DNA of 64,000 bases from Bdellovibrionales bacterium (GTDB lineage: Bacteria > Bdellovibrionota > Bdellovibrionia > Bdellovibrionales > UBA1609), in NCBI GenBank assembly GCA_965203095.1, contig OZ241877.1:1216001-1280000 (forward strand). Direction: 5' to 3'. A program made the position numbers and the translations under genes. The notes beneath the pieces were generated by a model, which saw only the letters and a list, made by a program, of their open reading frames with translations, made no database searches and was not told the DNA's origin. Shown piece after piece: positions 50,898-61,798 of this stretch; within the stretch, counting starts at the first letter, position 1; every line of letters starts with the position of its first letter.

Positions 50898-53598
50898 TAA
50901 AAGCCCAGAAAGTTCTATTTCAAAAAAAGCTTTATCTTCAAAAGCTATAGCGGGAAAAACCCAAGAAAACTCTCAATTAAATCCTCAATCTATTAACAAG
51001 GCCAAAACTTCTACTCCTCCTCAAGCCGTTAATCCACTGGGATCAGGGGCAAAAATTCCTGAAGGAGCTTATAAAGCTCCCTCTTATGAAGATTATTTAG
51101 GAGGGAGGTCCCCTTCTTCAAAAATATCTTCTTCAGAAAAGGCGTGGAGAGAATTGTTTGAAGACTCTCCCCTATCTAAAGAACCCCAAGGTTTTTTTGA
51201 AAAAACAGAGGATTTTTGGTTTCATTTTGTTGGGAAACCCCGTCAATACTTCAGTAAGTTGTGGTTTTCTAAGCTTAGGGGTGGCCCACAAGTGGTCTAT
51301 CAGATGCTGTTTCAATCGGTATCAGCCCCTCAATTAGAGCCTTTGTTTGTTCAGGAACATCAAAAGTATCTTCCTCAACCTGTTTTTAAAAGCTATGATC
51401 TTCTGAGAGGAAAACCCGCTGGTCTTTTAGTTGAAATCAAATACAAATTGCCCAAGCTTTGTCTTCAGTTGAGAGGTCCTAAAAAATGTTTCCCAAAAAG
51501 AGAGTTTAAGTTAAAATTACAGGTTAAAGAGGATAAAAATATTCCTACCTTTTGCCATTCTGTAAGTAAAGAGGAAGGGAGGCTTGTAATAGAGGCGGAT
51601 GATAAAAATGAAGAGCCTTGTTTTTTTAATAGTGAGGAGTTTTTTTCATCAAGGGATTCTCATAAGGTTCATAAAAATTCCTCTCAAGATTTTTTTGAAG
51701 GCTCAGTTTTTAAGTTGATAGAGTTTCCCACAAGATTTATAGAGCCTGTGGATTTGAAGGAGTATATTGATATTGGTGAGCTGACAAACATTAGTTATCC
51801 TTTCAATGTTTTGCTTTCTTTTTCTGGTTTTAATGATCGGGTAGTGAAGGATATTGATGGTGAAAATTCCCATGTTCCGGTTCGTATAAACATTGTGGAG
51901 TTGAAAAAGGCTTTTTTGCCAGATATGTCTATTCTTCGGTCGATGAGGAATGGGGAAAGAGCTACTCCGGGGAAGTCTATTTTAAAGCTATTTCGTGCAA
52001 GGGAGAAAGAAATCATTTTGCCCAATATGTCTGTTTTAGAAAACAGAGTATCTTGGAAGAAGGGCTTAGGGAATTGTGAGAAAAACATTAAAAATTATTT
52101 TAAAACCAGGCTCTCTTCTTCCAATGTTTTTTGCGTAAATGCTTTGGATCTTTGGTCATTGAATTTGGGTTGGACAAGGATTAAGGGGGCGGAAGGAGCA
52201 AGCGATATTGCGGGGGTTAAAAAAGGGACTGAGGAGGCTTTGAGAATCAAAAGGGCAGAGGCGGATAAGAAAAGATGCATTTTAAGTGAGGAGGAAGCCG
52301 AGATAAATGCTAAAATCCCAAACTGGGGGGAAAGCAGTAAAAATGGCTATAAAATGACAGATTTGGAAAAAGTTCAAGCCTTTGCTTCTTCAGAGGAGAT
52401 AAGAATTTTTGTGCCCACAGTGTTTCCCATTGCGGAGATCAGCTCAGAGGTTTTAAGGACTACAGTAGGTAAAGATTTTGTTATTGGGAGTTGTGATACT
52501 TATACAACAGCTCAAGAATATTCGTCTTTTCAAAAAGATTCTGTTCCCGATTTAGATTTTTGCCGGGAGATTTATGTTCATCCTAAACTTTATCATCGTT
52601 ATCAAACTTATGGTTTGTTAAATGACCTTCAACTTTTAGAGGATGAAAGATTTAAAGGCGATTTTAGCAAACTTATTGTTGTGGTTCCAAGGGATTATTT
52701 TGTCTACCATGGTATTCAAAGGGAGGGGGAGCATGAACCAGAAGTTTATGGCTGGACCCCTTTGCCTTATTTTAAACAGACGGCAGGGGGGTATTTAGCT
52801 GACCTGGGTTGGGGTTTTCTTGGAGGAATTACTTTTATTCGGGAGGATCAGTTGGATCGAGGGGTTTTAAGCCATGAGTTGGCTCATCTTTTAGGCCAGC
52901 GGAGGGATTTTTATGATCAAGAGGGAAAGCAACAGCAAAAGTGCCGCAGGTTTTCCGGGGATGAGTTGATTCCTTGTGATGGATACAAAATCCCAAGGGC
53001 TTTAGAGGTTAAATTAGATAAGGAGAACAAACAAATTTGGCAATTTATAAGAAATAGATTCAGCATTATGGACAATAAAAATGAGCCTGATATTGAAAAT
53101 GTTTTAGAAATTTTATGGATAGATCGGGAGAGCCATCAGAGAGTGTTTTCACCTTACGCTAAAGTCAGTTCTGTTCTTTACGAGATTAAAAATTTTAGAA
53201 GCCATTTACCTAAAAAGAAGATTAAACCAAAAAAGCTTTTAGTTTCTGGTTTTTACGATAAGAAGAGGAATCGGTTTTTATCTCCTCAGTTGAGGGTTTT
53301 AGAGACGGACGGGATAACTCCTTCTTTATCTAAGGACTGGGATGTGAAGGAAGTGTCTTTAGTTTCATTTCATGTAAAAAACAGGGAGGGCTCTCCTTTG
53401 CAGACGATTCGTCGTCCTGCTTTTGATGTGGAGTCCCGATTTCTTTATGAGGAGGGGAAGAGTAGAGAATGTGGTTCCAAGTCTTTTGGTTTATCGATGG
53501 TTTCAGCTATTTTTAATTTATCAAAGTTGAAGACGGAGGCAAAGGATCTCAAACTTTCGGTTTTTGGCCCGGAGGGGGAGGAAATTTTTTCCTCCTTC

Positions 53599-54405
53599 TT
53601 GCCTGAGGATTGACAAAATCCCATAAAATAGTTTATAGTTTTTTCATTATGAAGTTCTTTTTTGTTTTATATTTATTATTTTTTTCTTCAAATGCTATGG
53701 CTTGGGAATGGCTTTGGGATTGGGCGACTCGTGGCCCTCTTCGTCAGATTGTGATGTGGGGCTTTTACACCTCTGTGGATGAGAGAGAACTGAAGGAATT
53801 AGAGAACAAGGTTATAAAAGACAAATCCCCTTATTCCAGGTATTCCATATATGGAGAGAAACACTTTTATCCTTATGATTCGATGTATTGCCATGAAGAA
53901 AAGGATATTGAATTTAAGAGATATAGAATTATTGTAAGTCCAAATTTAAGAGCCCGGCTTTATGATGAGGGAGGGAATTTGTTGGAGGATGTGCCTTTAC
54001 ATACCTATTCTACTGAAGCATATATTGGTAAAGGATGGAGGGTGGTAGCTTATATTCCCTACCATCCAGAAGCTCGAAGTAGAAAAATTGTGCGATTAGT
54101 AGATGGGGATAAGGAGATAATTATTTGGGAAAGAAGGCTTCTCGATTTAGAGGAATTGGAAACTCACAATAGTTTTCTTTATAATAAAGATTTAAACTGC
54201 TACCGGATTTCTCGCTTTCAAATTCCTATATAAATTAGAGAAAAATAGCCTCTTTTTTATCAAAAAGAGCTTTCCGTTTTGGATTCCCACTCTCAAAGGC
54301 ATGACTTCTTTTTTGCCTGAGGATTGACAAAATCCCATAAAATAGACTATAGTTTTTAACATTATGAAGTTCTTTTTTATTTTTCTAATAATTATATGGG
54401 TTTAA
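53599..54405 (+). repeat. Duplicated promoter + start-codon block flanking the 53649 gene
   Basis: TTGCCTGAGGATTGACAAAATCCCATAAAATAG at 53599-53631 and 54313-54345, each followed by TATAGT..ATGAAGTTCTTTTTT. Confidence 0.85.
53649..54233 (+). CDS. Secreted hypothetical protein
   Basis: MKFFFVLYLLFFSSNAMA signal peptide after TTGACA-N18-TATAGT. Confidence 0.75.
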   Translation: MKFFFVLYLLFFSSNAMAWEWLWDWATRGPLRQIVMWGFYTSVDERELKELENKVIKDKSPYSRYSIYGEKHFYPYDSMYCHEEKDIEFKRYRIIVSPNLRARLYDEGGNLLEDVPLHTYSTEAYIGKGWRVVAYIPYHPEARSRKIVRLVDGDKEIIIWERRLLDLEELETHNSFLYNKDLNCYRISRFQIPI

Positions 54406-54466
54406 GCCTTCCATATTTAAAAGGCCATTTTTACAGAGGATTAAAAATAATAGTCTGTAAAAAACC

Positions 54467-54495
54467 TTGAATCAAGAAACAAATACAAGTATAAT
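54467..54495 (+). promoter_or_regulatory. Sigma70 promoter of maiA
   Basis: TTGAAT-N17-TATAAT, 9 nt before the ATG. Confidence 0.6.
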
Positions 54496-54504
54496 TTATA
54501 AAAA

Positions 54505-55146
54505 ATGCCTCCGATCAAACTTTACAGCTATTATCGATCCTCTTGCTCTTATCGGGTAAGGATTGGTTTGTATTTAAAAAAGCTGGAATTTAGCTATCAA
54601 GCTGTTCATCTTATAAAATCTGGAGGGGAGCAATTTAAGAGTGAGTTTCAAAAAATCAACCCTTTTGCTCAAGTCCCTGGATTGCAAGTGGGGAAAAGCT
54701 TTTTAAGCCAATCCTTACCCATCCTCCTTTACTTGGAATCACTTCAAGCAGAACCTCCATTTTTGCCAAAAGACTCATTTCAAAAAGCAAAAGTTTTGTC
54801 CTTTTGTGAAATGATCAACAGTGGGATTCAGCCTTTACAAAACCTATCAGTCTTAAACTATTTGGAAAGCCAAACTTCGCTCAATAAAAACCAATGGGCA
54901 CAGTATTGGCTGGAAAAGGGCCTCAGCCAAGTAATGCACTTTTTAAAACCTCATGCTCAATCCTTTTGCTTTGGTGATCAGGTGAGTTTGGCCGATGTTT
55001 TTCTCATTCCTCAAATTCACAGTGCCCGCCGGTTTAAAGCACAGGTCCCTCCTCTGCTTGCAAAAATTGATAAGCTCTGCCTGAAACTCCCTGCTTTTCA
55101 AAAAGCCCACCCAGACAATCAGCCGGACAGTCCAAAAAGTAGCTGA
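54505..55146 (+). CDS. maiA: Maleylacetoacetate isomerase (GST zeta)
   Basis: LYSYYRSSCSYRVRI, IQPLQNL, AHP..QPD; next to hppD and hmgA. Confidence 0.93.
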   Translation: MPPIKLYSYYRSSCSYRVRIGLYLKKLEFSYQAVHLIKSGGEQFKSEFQKINPFAQVPGLQVGKSFLSQSLPILLYLESLQAEPPFLPKDSFQKAKVLSFCEMINSGIQPLQNLSVLNYLESQTSLNKNQWAQYWLEKGLSQVMHFLKPHAQSFCFGDQVSLADVFLIPQIHSARRFKAQVPPLLAKIDKLCLKLPAFQKAHPDNQPDSPKSS

Positions 55147-55228
55147 TCCTGCCAGAATTTTACTATCTCTTTAGAAAAGTAAAAACAAGGCTTGCAAAAA
55201 TCAAAAATTTGAGTTTATATTTCTCTTG

Positions 55229-56278
55229 ATGACTAAAAAAGATTTTTCCATCCCTTTAAACGGTATAGATTTTATAGAATATGCCAGCCCTCAACCGGAC
55301 AAGTTAGAAAGGCAATTTGAGCAGTTGAATTTTATCTACCGGGCCAAACATTTAAAAAAAGATGTATTTTTATATCAACAAGGGGACTGCCAATTTGTCA
55401 TCAACAAGCAAAAAAACAGCTTTTCTGATGAATTTATGAAAAAACGAGGGGGGCCTTGTGTTTGCTCAATAGGTTTTAGGGTAAATATCCCAGCAAAAAA
55501 GGCTTTAGACATTGTTTGCTCCTTAGGGGCAAAGCCTGCGGAAAAGGATCCTTTAAGCCATAGTTTTCCTGCTATTTATGGTGTGGGGGGTTCTTTAATT
55601 TATTTTGTGGAGGATTATCAAAAAGCCAGCAATCATTGGACAAAAAACTTTTCATTCCACAATAAAGCTGTGGCACAGTCTCAACTGCTATTGATTGATC
55701 ACCTTACAAATAATGTTCCTGTAGGGAAAATGAACGAATGGTGTGATTTTTATTCCCGCCTTTTTGGTTTTACTGAAAGAAGATATTTTGACATTAAAGG
55801 GTTAAAAACAGGACTGATCTCCAAAGTAATGAAATCCCCTTGTGACAGCATAAGCATCCCCATCAATGAACCCTCCGCAGATGAATCTGGCAAAAAATCT
55901 CAAATTCAGGAATATTTAGATGAATACAAAGGTGCGGGCATTCAACATATTGCCCTTTTAACTAAAGAGATTGTTCCCACTATAAAGGATTTAAAAGCCA
56001 AAGGGGTTTGCTTTTTAGATATCCCCTCAAGCTATTATGATGTTTTAAAAGATCGCCTCCCTGTTCTTAAAGAGGATGTTCAAGATCTTAAAGCCATGCA
56101 AATTTTAGCTGATGGAGATCAAAAAACTTATCTCCTTCAAATTTTTACAAAGAATATGATTGGCCCGATTTTTTTTGAAGTGATAGAAAGGCATGGCCAT
56201 GATGGTTTTGGCGAGGGTAATTTTCAAGCCCTTTTTGACGCTATGGAAAGGGATCAGATCCAAAGGGGATATTTGTGA
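55229..56278 (+). CDS. hppD: 4-hydroxyphenylpyruvate dioxygenase
   Basis: IDHLTNNV, IPINE, QIQEYL..Y.G.GIQHIA, FFEVIER..GFGEGNF. Confidence 0.96.
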   Translation: MTKKDFSIPLNGIDFIEYASPQPDKLERQFEQLNFIYRAKHLKKDVFLYQQGDCQFVINKQKNSFSDEFMKKRGGPCVCSIGFRVNIPAKKALDIVCSLGAKPAEKDPLSHSFPAIYGVGGSLIYFVEDYQKASNHWTKNFSFHNKAVAQSQLLLIDHLTNNVPVGKMNEWCDFYSRLFGFTERRYFDIKGLKTGLISKVMKSPCDSISIPINEPSADESGKKSQIQEYLDEYKGAGIQHIALLTKEIVPTIKDLKAKGVCFLDIPSSYYDVLKDRLPVLKEDVQDLKAMQILADGDQKTYLLQIFTKNMIGPIFFEVIERHGHDGFGEGNFQALFDAMERDQIQRGYL

Positions 56279-57348
56279 AAAAATGGCGACCCCATAAAAA
56301 CATTCCTAAAGGTCACTTTGAAGAGGAGCAAGGGCAAAAGGGTTTTTACGGCCCCGTCTCTCACTTGATAAGAAAGCAACCCAGCACAAGATGGTCTCAC
56401 ATTGAGGGGCCTTTAAAACCTCGTATGTTTGACCTCAACCCCTTAAGAGAAAAAGAATGCTGGCAAAAACTCTTGCACAATGACAATTTATGCATTCATT
56501 TCTATCATCTCCAATTTTCTCCACAAACAGCTTTTCGAAGTGCTGATGGGGATCTGCTGTTTTTTTGTCATGAAGGGGAAGGGCATTTGCTCACTGAGTA
56601 TGGACTTTTAAATTACTCAGAGAGTCAATACATTTTGATCCCCAAGTGTTTTACTCATGTATTTATCCCTCAAAAAGCTTCCAGCTTTTTTGTTGTGGAA
56701 AGTTTAAAAGGTCATTTTCGCGAACCAGCAAGAGGGCTTTTAGGCCGGAACAGCCTTTATGATTCAGGCTCTCTTGTTCGCCCCGATCTGAAGGCTATGG
56801 ATCGCTATTTAAAAGAAAACAAACTGGAATTTAAAAAAATTGCTGTTTATCGCCAAGATGAAGTGACGAACTTTCATTATAAAGAAAACATTTTTGATGT
56901 GGTGGAGTGGAAAGGAGATCTTTTCCCCTTTACTTTGAGTATGGAGGACATTATGCCGGTCATGAGCCACCGGGCCCATCTCCCTCCCAGTGCCCACACC
57001 ACTTTTCTAACTGATGACTTTATTGTGTGTAGTTTTCTCCCTCGCCCTTTAGAACAAGATGAAGACGCATTAAAAGTTCCCTTTTATCATCAGAACACTG
57101 ATTACGATGAAGTGATTTTTTATCACAAGGGGGATTTTTTTAGCCGAAGTGATTTGCGTTCTGGAGTGATGAGCCTTCATCCCGCAGGCTTTCCCCATGG
57201 CCCCCACCCCAAAGCTATAGAAAACATTAAAGGCAAAACTCACACTAACGAATATGCTGTGATGATTGATTCTCGCTCAGCTTTAAAAGCAGTTAAAGAT
57301 CTCTCCTCTTTAGAATTAAGCTCTTATTGGAAGTCTTGGCAAGATTGA
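56275..57348 (+). CDS. hmgA: Homogentisate 1,2-dioxygenase
   Basis: HLPPSAHTTF, PFYHQN.DYDEV.FYH, HPAGFPHGP, EYAVMID. Confidence 0.93.
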   Translation: MKKWRPHKNIPKGHFEEEQGQKGFYGPVSHLIRKQPSTRWSHIEGPLKPRMFDLNPLREKECWQKLLHNDNLCIHFYHLQFSPQTAFRSADGDLLFFCHEGEGHLLTEYGLLNYSESQYILIPKCFTHVFIPQKASSFFVVESLKGHFREPARGLLGRNSLYDSGSLVRPDLKAMDRYLKENKLEFKKIAVYRQDEVTNFHYKENIFDVVEWKGDLFPFTLSMEDIMPVMSHRAHLPPSAHTTFLTDDFIVCSFLPRPLEQDEDALKVPFYHQNTDYDEVIFYHKGDFFSRSDLRSGVMSLHPAGFPHGPHPKAIENIKGKTHTNEYAVMIDSRSALKAVKDLSSLELSSYWKSWQD

Positions 57349-57350
57349 GA

Positions 57351-58235
57351 TCAAACCTTTTCCACTGATAATAGAGATAGAAAAATCCACAAAGCATAAG
57401 CCATCATCAAATGTGTTATTTTCATCCATAAAGGGGATAAAGAGATCAAAGTGGCAAAGCCAAACAAAGCCACTGTGAGAATAAAAACTAAAGTGACCTG
57501 AGGCTTTGGCCATCGTTTAAAAAATAAAGAGGACTCTGCTTTTGCAGAAAATGCCCATACACTAAAAGTTATTATAAACAAAACAGCCAGTAAAGGGTGT
57601 AGTGGCCTCAGCTGGATACTGATATGAGCTGAAGGCAAAAAATCTAAAACCAAAGCTTGCCAAAGGGATACAGTGGGAAAAAGCTGTCCGGCTAAAGAGG
57701 CAATGTTTCCGGTTAAAGCGATTAAGGGGAAAAACAAAACAAAAAACAGCATTGGCTTTTTTACTTTTAAACCTTCCCACAAACTGACTCGCCAACATAG
57801 TGTTAGAGCTGAGGTCAAAAACAAACTGTTAACCGAGTGAAAGGCCAAAATCCCCACTCTGGTTTTATCTAAGTTTAAGCCCACAAAGCCTCCCATCACT
57901 AACAAGGCCCCTATAAGAGCCTCAATAAGAATGAGAGCAAAACTTAGCATTGAGAGTTTTCTCACAATATGATTTCTATGATAAATTTTTAAGGCCGAAA
58001 GCCACAAGACAAAAACAAAAATAAGGGATAGACCCGAACTCAACCGATGGGTCCACTCAATAAAACTAACTGAATCTTCTGGAAAAATTTTTTGCCGGCA
58101 AAGGGGCCAACTCGCCCCACAACCATCTCCGGAAAGGCTGAGCCTCACCCAAGTCCCCCAAAAAATAGTTATTAGTGTCCAAAAAAGTGTGAACAGACTG
58201 TAAGATTTAAAAAAATTCTTTTTATTTTCAATCAC
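57351..58235 (-). CDS. ctaA: COX15/CtaA heme A synthase family
   Basis: SGDGCGASWPLC, IEWTHR, about 8 TM helices with conserved His. Confidence 0.85.
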   Translation of the reverse strand: MIENKKNFFKSYSLFTLFWTLITIFWGTWVRLSLSGDGCGASWPLCRQKIFPEDSVSFIEWTHRLSSGLSLIFVFVLWLSALKIYHRNHIVRKLSMLSFALILIEALIGALLVMGGFVGLNLDKTRVGILAFHSVNSLFLTSALTLCWRVSLWEGLKVKKPMLFFVLFFPLIALTGNIASLAGQLFPTVSLWQALVLDFLPSAHISIQLRPLHPLLAVLFIITFSVWAFSAKAESSLFFKRWPKPQVTLVFILTVALFGFATLISLSPLWMKITHLMMAYALWIFLSLLSVEKV

Positions 58236-59626
58236 ATTTGCCGTGCTCTTTTATGAAGGGCTAAACAGGCTTCTCGCAAAGCTTCGTTCAATGTGGGATG
58301 AGCGTGAAAACTCCTGGCCAGATCCTCAGCACTGGCTTGAAATTCCATAGCCACAACCGCCTCAGCAATCAGATCTCCTGCATGAGGCCCTAAGATATGA
58401 ACCCCTAAAATTTTATCCGTTGTTTTGTGAGCCAGAACTTTAACAAAGCCCTCTGTTTGCCCTATAGAATGTGCCCGGCCGTTGGCCAAAAAAGGAAATG
58501 TGCCACTCAAGTAGGGGATTTTCCCTTCGGAAAGCTCTTGCTCTGTTTTCCCCACACTGGCCGACTCTGGCCAAGTGTAGATCACACTGGGAATGGTCTC
58601 ATAGTTGACATGACTCCATTTGGTAGTAATAAACTCGGCCACAGCTACAGCTTCTTCCTCTGCTTTATGAGCCAGCTGAGGGCCGGGGATAAGATCACCT
58701 ATGGCAAAAATGTTAGGGACAGTGGTTTGAAAGTGTTTATTTACCTCCACTTGCCCTAAGGAGTTGAGCGGAATGTTTACATTTTTTAAGCCCAAGTTTT
58801 CAGTAAAAGGTTTTCTTCCCACACAAACTAAAACTTTGTTGCTTTTTAGGCTTTGATCTTCTCCCTTTTCATTTGTGAATTGAACTTCTGCCTGTTTGTT
58901 TTTAGTATGAACTGAGGTCACTTTGGATTTTAAATAAAATTTTAAACCCTGTTTTTTTAAAAGGGCTAAAAGTTTATCCCGAATATCTTTATCCATAGAA
59001 CCAGCTATGTTGGGGCTGGCCTCTATCACGGTGACTTCACTGCCTAAGCGATTCCAAACAGAACCTAACTCCAAACCAATATAACCACCTCCAATCACAA
59101 TGAGTTTTTTTGGGACAGTGGAAAAGCTTAAAGCCTCTGTGGAGGAAAGCACAGTTTCGCCATCCCATTTTGCAAAAGAGGGCTGAAAGGTAGAACTTCC
59201 TGTAGCCAGCAAAATGTTTTTCCCAGTGATGATTTCTTTTTTACTTCCTGAAACCACTTCCACATCTGTTGAAGATTTGAGCCGGCCCCAAGACTTATAA
59301 GTTGTGATTTTATTTTTTTTAAGCAGAAATTTTATGCCTTCAGTGAGTTGGGAGACCACCTTGTTTTTCCGTTTCATCATTGTAGGTAAATCTAACTGAA
59401 TGTTTTTGCAAACAATGCCATGCTCTTTAAGGGATTGCTTAGCGAACGCATAGTGCTCACTGGATTCCAACAGGGCCTTTGATGGGATGCAACCTATGTT
59501 CAGGCAAGTCCCTCCAAAGCTTTTGGATTTTTCCACAACAGCTGTTTTCAAGCCTAACTGACTCGCTCGGATAGCTCCAATATAGCCCCCTGGGCCGGAA
59601 CCTATTACAATCAAATCAAATTTCAT
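58232..59626 (-). CDS. lpdA: Dihydrolipoamide dehydrogenase
   Basis: GSGPGGY, GGTCLNIGCIPSK, HAHPTLNE. Confidence 0.96.
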   Translation of the reverse strand: MKFDLIVIGSGPGGYIGAIRASQLGLKTAVVEKSKSFGGTCLNIGCIPSKALLESSEHYAFAKQSLKEHGIVCKNIQLDLPTMMKRKNKVVSQLTEGIKFLLKKNKITTYKSWGRLKSSTDVEVVSGSKKEIITGKNILLATGSSTFQPSFAKWDGETVLSSTEALSFSTVPKKLIVIGGGYIGLELGSVWNRLGSEVTVIEASPNIAGSMDKDIRDKLLALLKKQGLKFYLKSKVTSVHTKNKQAEVQFTNEKGEDQSLKSNKVLVCVGRKPFTENLGLKNVNIPLNSLGQVEVNKHFQTTVPNIFAIGDLIPGPQLAHKAEEEAVAVAEFITTKWSHVNYETIPSVIYTWPESASVGKTEQELSEGKIPYLSGTFPFLANGRAHSIGQTEGFVKVLAHKTTDKILGVHILGPHAGDLIAEAVVAMEFQASAEDLARSFHAHPTLNEALREACLALHKRARQM

Positions 59627-59742
59627 ATATACCTCCTGATTTTATAGAGCGGGATCTCCTTGTAAAATTTATCCCCACAACATTGTCTTGTCCAAAGTTA
59701 GAACCAACAGGTTATTTTTATCTCAACAATAGCCTTTATTTT

Positions 59743-61011
59743 TTAAACATCCACTAAAAGCCGGGCCGGTTCTTCTAAAACTTCCTTGACCTTAACTAAA
59801 AAACCCACAGCCTCCTTCCCATCTACAATCCTGTGATCGTAAGATAAAGCGACATACATCATTTGGCTAATCTCCACCTGGCCTTTCCGGGCCACAGGGC
59901 GAGGTTCAATTTTATGCATTCCCAAAATACCACTTTGCGGAGGATTTAAAATAGGGGTGGATAGAAGGGAACCAAACACCCCTCCATTACTGATAGTGAA
60001 AGTCCCCCCTAAGAGATCAGAGGGGCTGAGTTTACGGGAGAGGGCTTTATCCCTAAGCTTGATAATTCTTTTTTCTATATCCGCAAGGCTTAAACTTTCT
60101 GCTTGAAAAATTACGGGGACAACTAAACCCGCCCCTGCACTAACAGCAACGCCAATATGTTGATGATCGTTAAATACAATGTCCTCTCCGTCGATAAAGG
60201 CATTAAGGCGAGGGCATTCTTTAAGCCCGGCCACAACAGCCTTAACAAAAAAACTCATAAAACCCAATTTACATCCATGTTTTTTGACAAAACTCTCTTG
60301 ATAGTTTTTTCTGATCTCAATAATGCGAGACATATCCACTTCGTTAAAAGTGCTTAAAGTGGCTGTGGTATGTTGTGAATGCACTAACCTTTGGGCTGTT
60401 GTTTTGCGAAGCCTTGTCATGGCCTCCCTTCTTTGGCCTTCCCTAAGGGAGGGGCTTTTCTCTATTAAGGGGGTAGTAGGGGGAGGTTGAATCAAAGTTT
60501 CTTTTTCATTCAAAACTTTTAAAATGTCCGCTTTAGTTAATCTTCCTCCTTTACCCGTTCCCTGTAAATTTGAAGGTTTGAGTTTATGGCTTTCCACTAA
60601 CCGGCGGACGGCAGGGCTTAATGCCTCTTTTGCCACTTGAGGGGCAGGGGATGATGGCATTTTATTATTTTTTAGATCCGACACGGGTTGTTCCATCGGG
60701 CGAATATTAGAACTTATTATATGTTTTTCTGGATCTGCAGTATTTTTTTTTATTGGAGTGTTTTCCTTAGAAACAGAATGGGTATCTATAAAACCAATCA
60801 CTTCTCCTATGGAAACGGATTTTCCCTGGCTCTGGACAATGTTGAGCTGGCCACTGCCGGGGGCGGGAATTTCCATAGAGGCTTTGTCCGTCCCTAAAAT
60901 GGCTACGATATCCCCTTTTTTGACCGGATCGCCTGTGCTCCGCTCCCAGCTTTCAATATCAGCTGAACTGACGGACTCTCCAACAGAGGGGACTTTGATT
61001 TCTAACTTCAT
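59743..61011 (-). CDS. sucB: 2-oxoglutarate dehydrogenase E2
   Basis: VPSVGESV lipoyl domain (TDKA), [28 protein letters not shown]. Confidence 0.95.
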   Translation of the reverse strand: MKLEIKVPSVGESVSSADIESWERSTGDPVKKGDIVAILGTDKASMEIPAPGSGQLNIVQSQGKSVSIGEVIGFIDTHSVSKENTPIKKNTADPEKHIISSNIRPMEQPVSDLKNNKMPSSPAPQVAKEALSPAVRRLVESHKLKPSNLQGTGKGGRLTKADILKVLNEKETLIQPPPTTPLIEKSPSLREGQRREAMTRLRKTTAQRLVHSQHTTATLSTFNEVDMSRIIEIRKNYQESFVKKHGCKLGFMSFFVKAVVAGLKECPRLNAFIDGEDIVFNDHQHIGVAVSAGAGLVVPVIFQAESLSLADIEKRIIKLRDKALSRKLSPSDLLGGTFTISNGGVFGSLLSTPILNPPQSGILGMHKIEPRPVARKGQVEISQMMYVALSYDHRIVDGKEAVGFLVKVKEVLEEPARLLVDV

Positions 61012-61156
61012 TGGTTCATGGCATTTTAAAGGCTTATTTTCTCACATTGTCAATATAAATTACTCCTGTTTATGGATTAAATTAAAATTCATATAAGTTA
61101 GGTTAAAACTTTGATTTTTTATGGACAAGTCTTTTTGTATGGGTTAAAAAACCCTC

Positions 61157-61798
61157 ATGAAACTTTTTTTAGACACCGCTTTTATAGAGGAAATTCAGCA
61201 AGCGGATCAACAAGGGGGCTTAGATGGTGTCACTACCAATCCCTCTTTAGTGGCTCAAACAGGGAAAAAGCATGAAGTGCTTATCAAAGAGATTTGCGAG
61301 TTTTTAAAGGATCGGCCGGTTTCAGCAGAGGTGCTTTCTGTCACAGAGGAGGCTATGTATTCTGAAGCCCAGCAATTATCTCAAATTCACCCTCAAGTTG
61401 TGGTAAAAATTCCTTTAACTTCAGAGGGCCTAAAAGTGGTGAAGAGGTTGAGTCGGGAAGGCATATCTACCAATGTCACTTTGTGTTTTAGCCCCAATCA
61501 AGCTCTTTTAGCGGCTAAAGCGGGAGCCACTTTTATCTCTGTTTTTGTGGGCCGTTTAGATGATATAGGTCATGACGGCTGTAAAATCGCTACAGATTGC
61601 CATAAAATTTTACAAAATTATCAATTCCCCTCACAAATACTTTCAGCCAGTATCCGCCATCCCAAGCACATTGCCCAACTGAGCCGGAAAGGCTTGCCCC
61701 TTTGCACGGCACCCTATAAGGTATTTAAGCAACTGCTCCAACACCCTTTAACAGGAACAGGGTTAGAAAAGTTTTTAGCTGATGCCAAAAAGACTTAA
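61157..61798 (+). CDS. tal: Transaldolase (short MipB/TalC type)
   Basis: LDTA, GVTTNPSL, VVKIP. SAEV Glu and FVGR Phe favour transaldolase over FSA. Confidence 0.85.
   Translation: MKLFLDTAFIEEIQQADQQGGLDGVTTNPSLVAQTGKKHEVLIKEICEFLKDRPVSAEVLSVTEEAMYSEAQQLSQIHPQVVVKIPLTSEGLKVVKRLSREGISTNVTLCFSPNQALLAAKAGATFISVFVGRLDDIGHDGCKIATDCHKILQNYQFPSQILSASIRHPKHIAQLSRKGLPLCTAPYKVFKQLLQHPLTGTGLEKFLADAKKT

Larger units (their letters stand above)
48574..53613 (+). pseudogene. ~1300-aa secreted Cys-rich / HExxH metallopeptidase-like gene interrupted by IS630
   Basis: Removing 49763-50899 joins ..KEPLL to KSPESS.., with no stop, in frame with ORF 51154. Contains LSHELAHLLG..D.Y. Confidence 0.85.
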
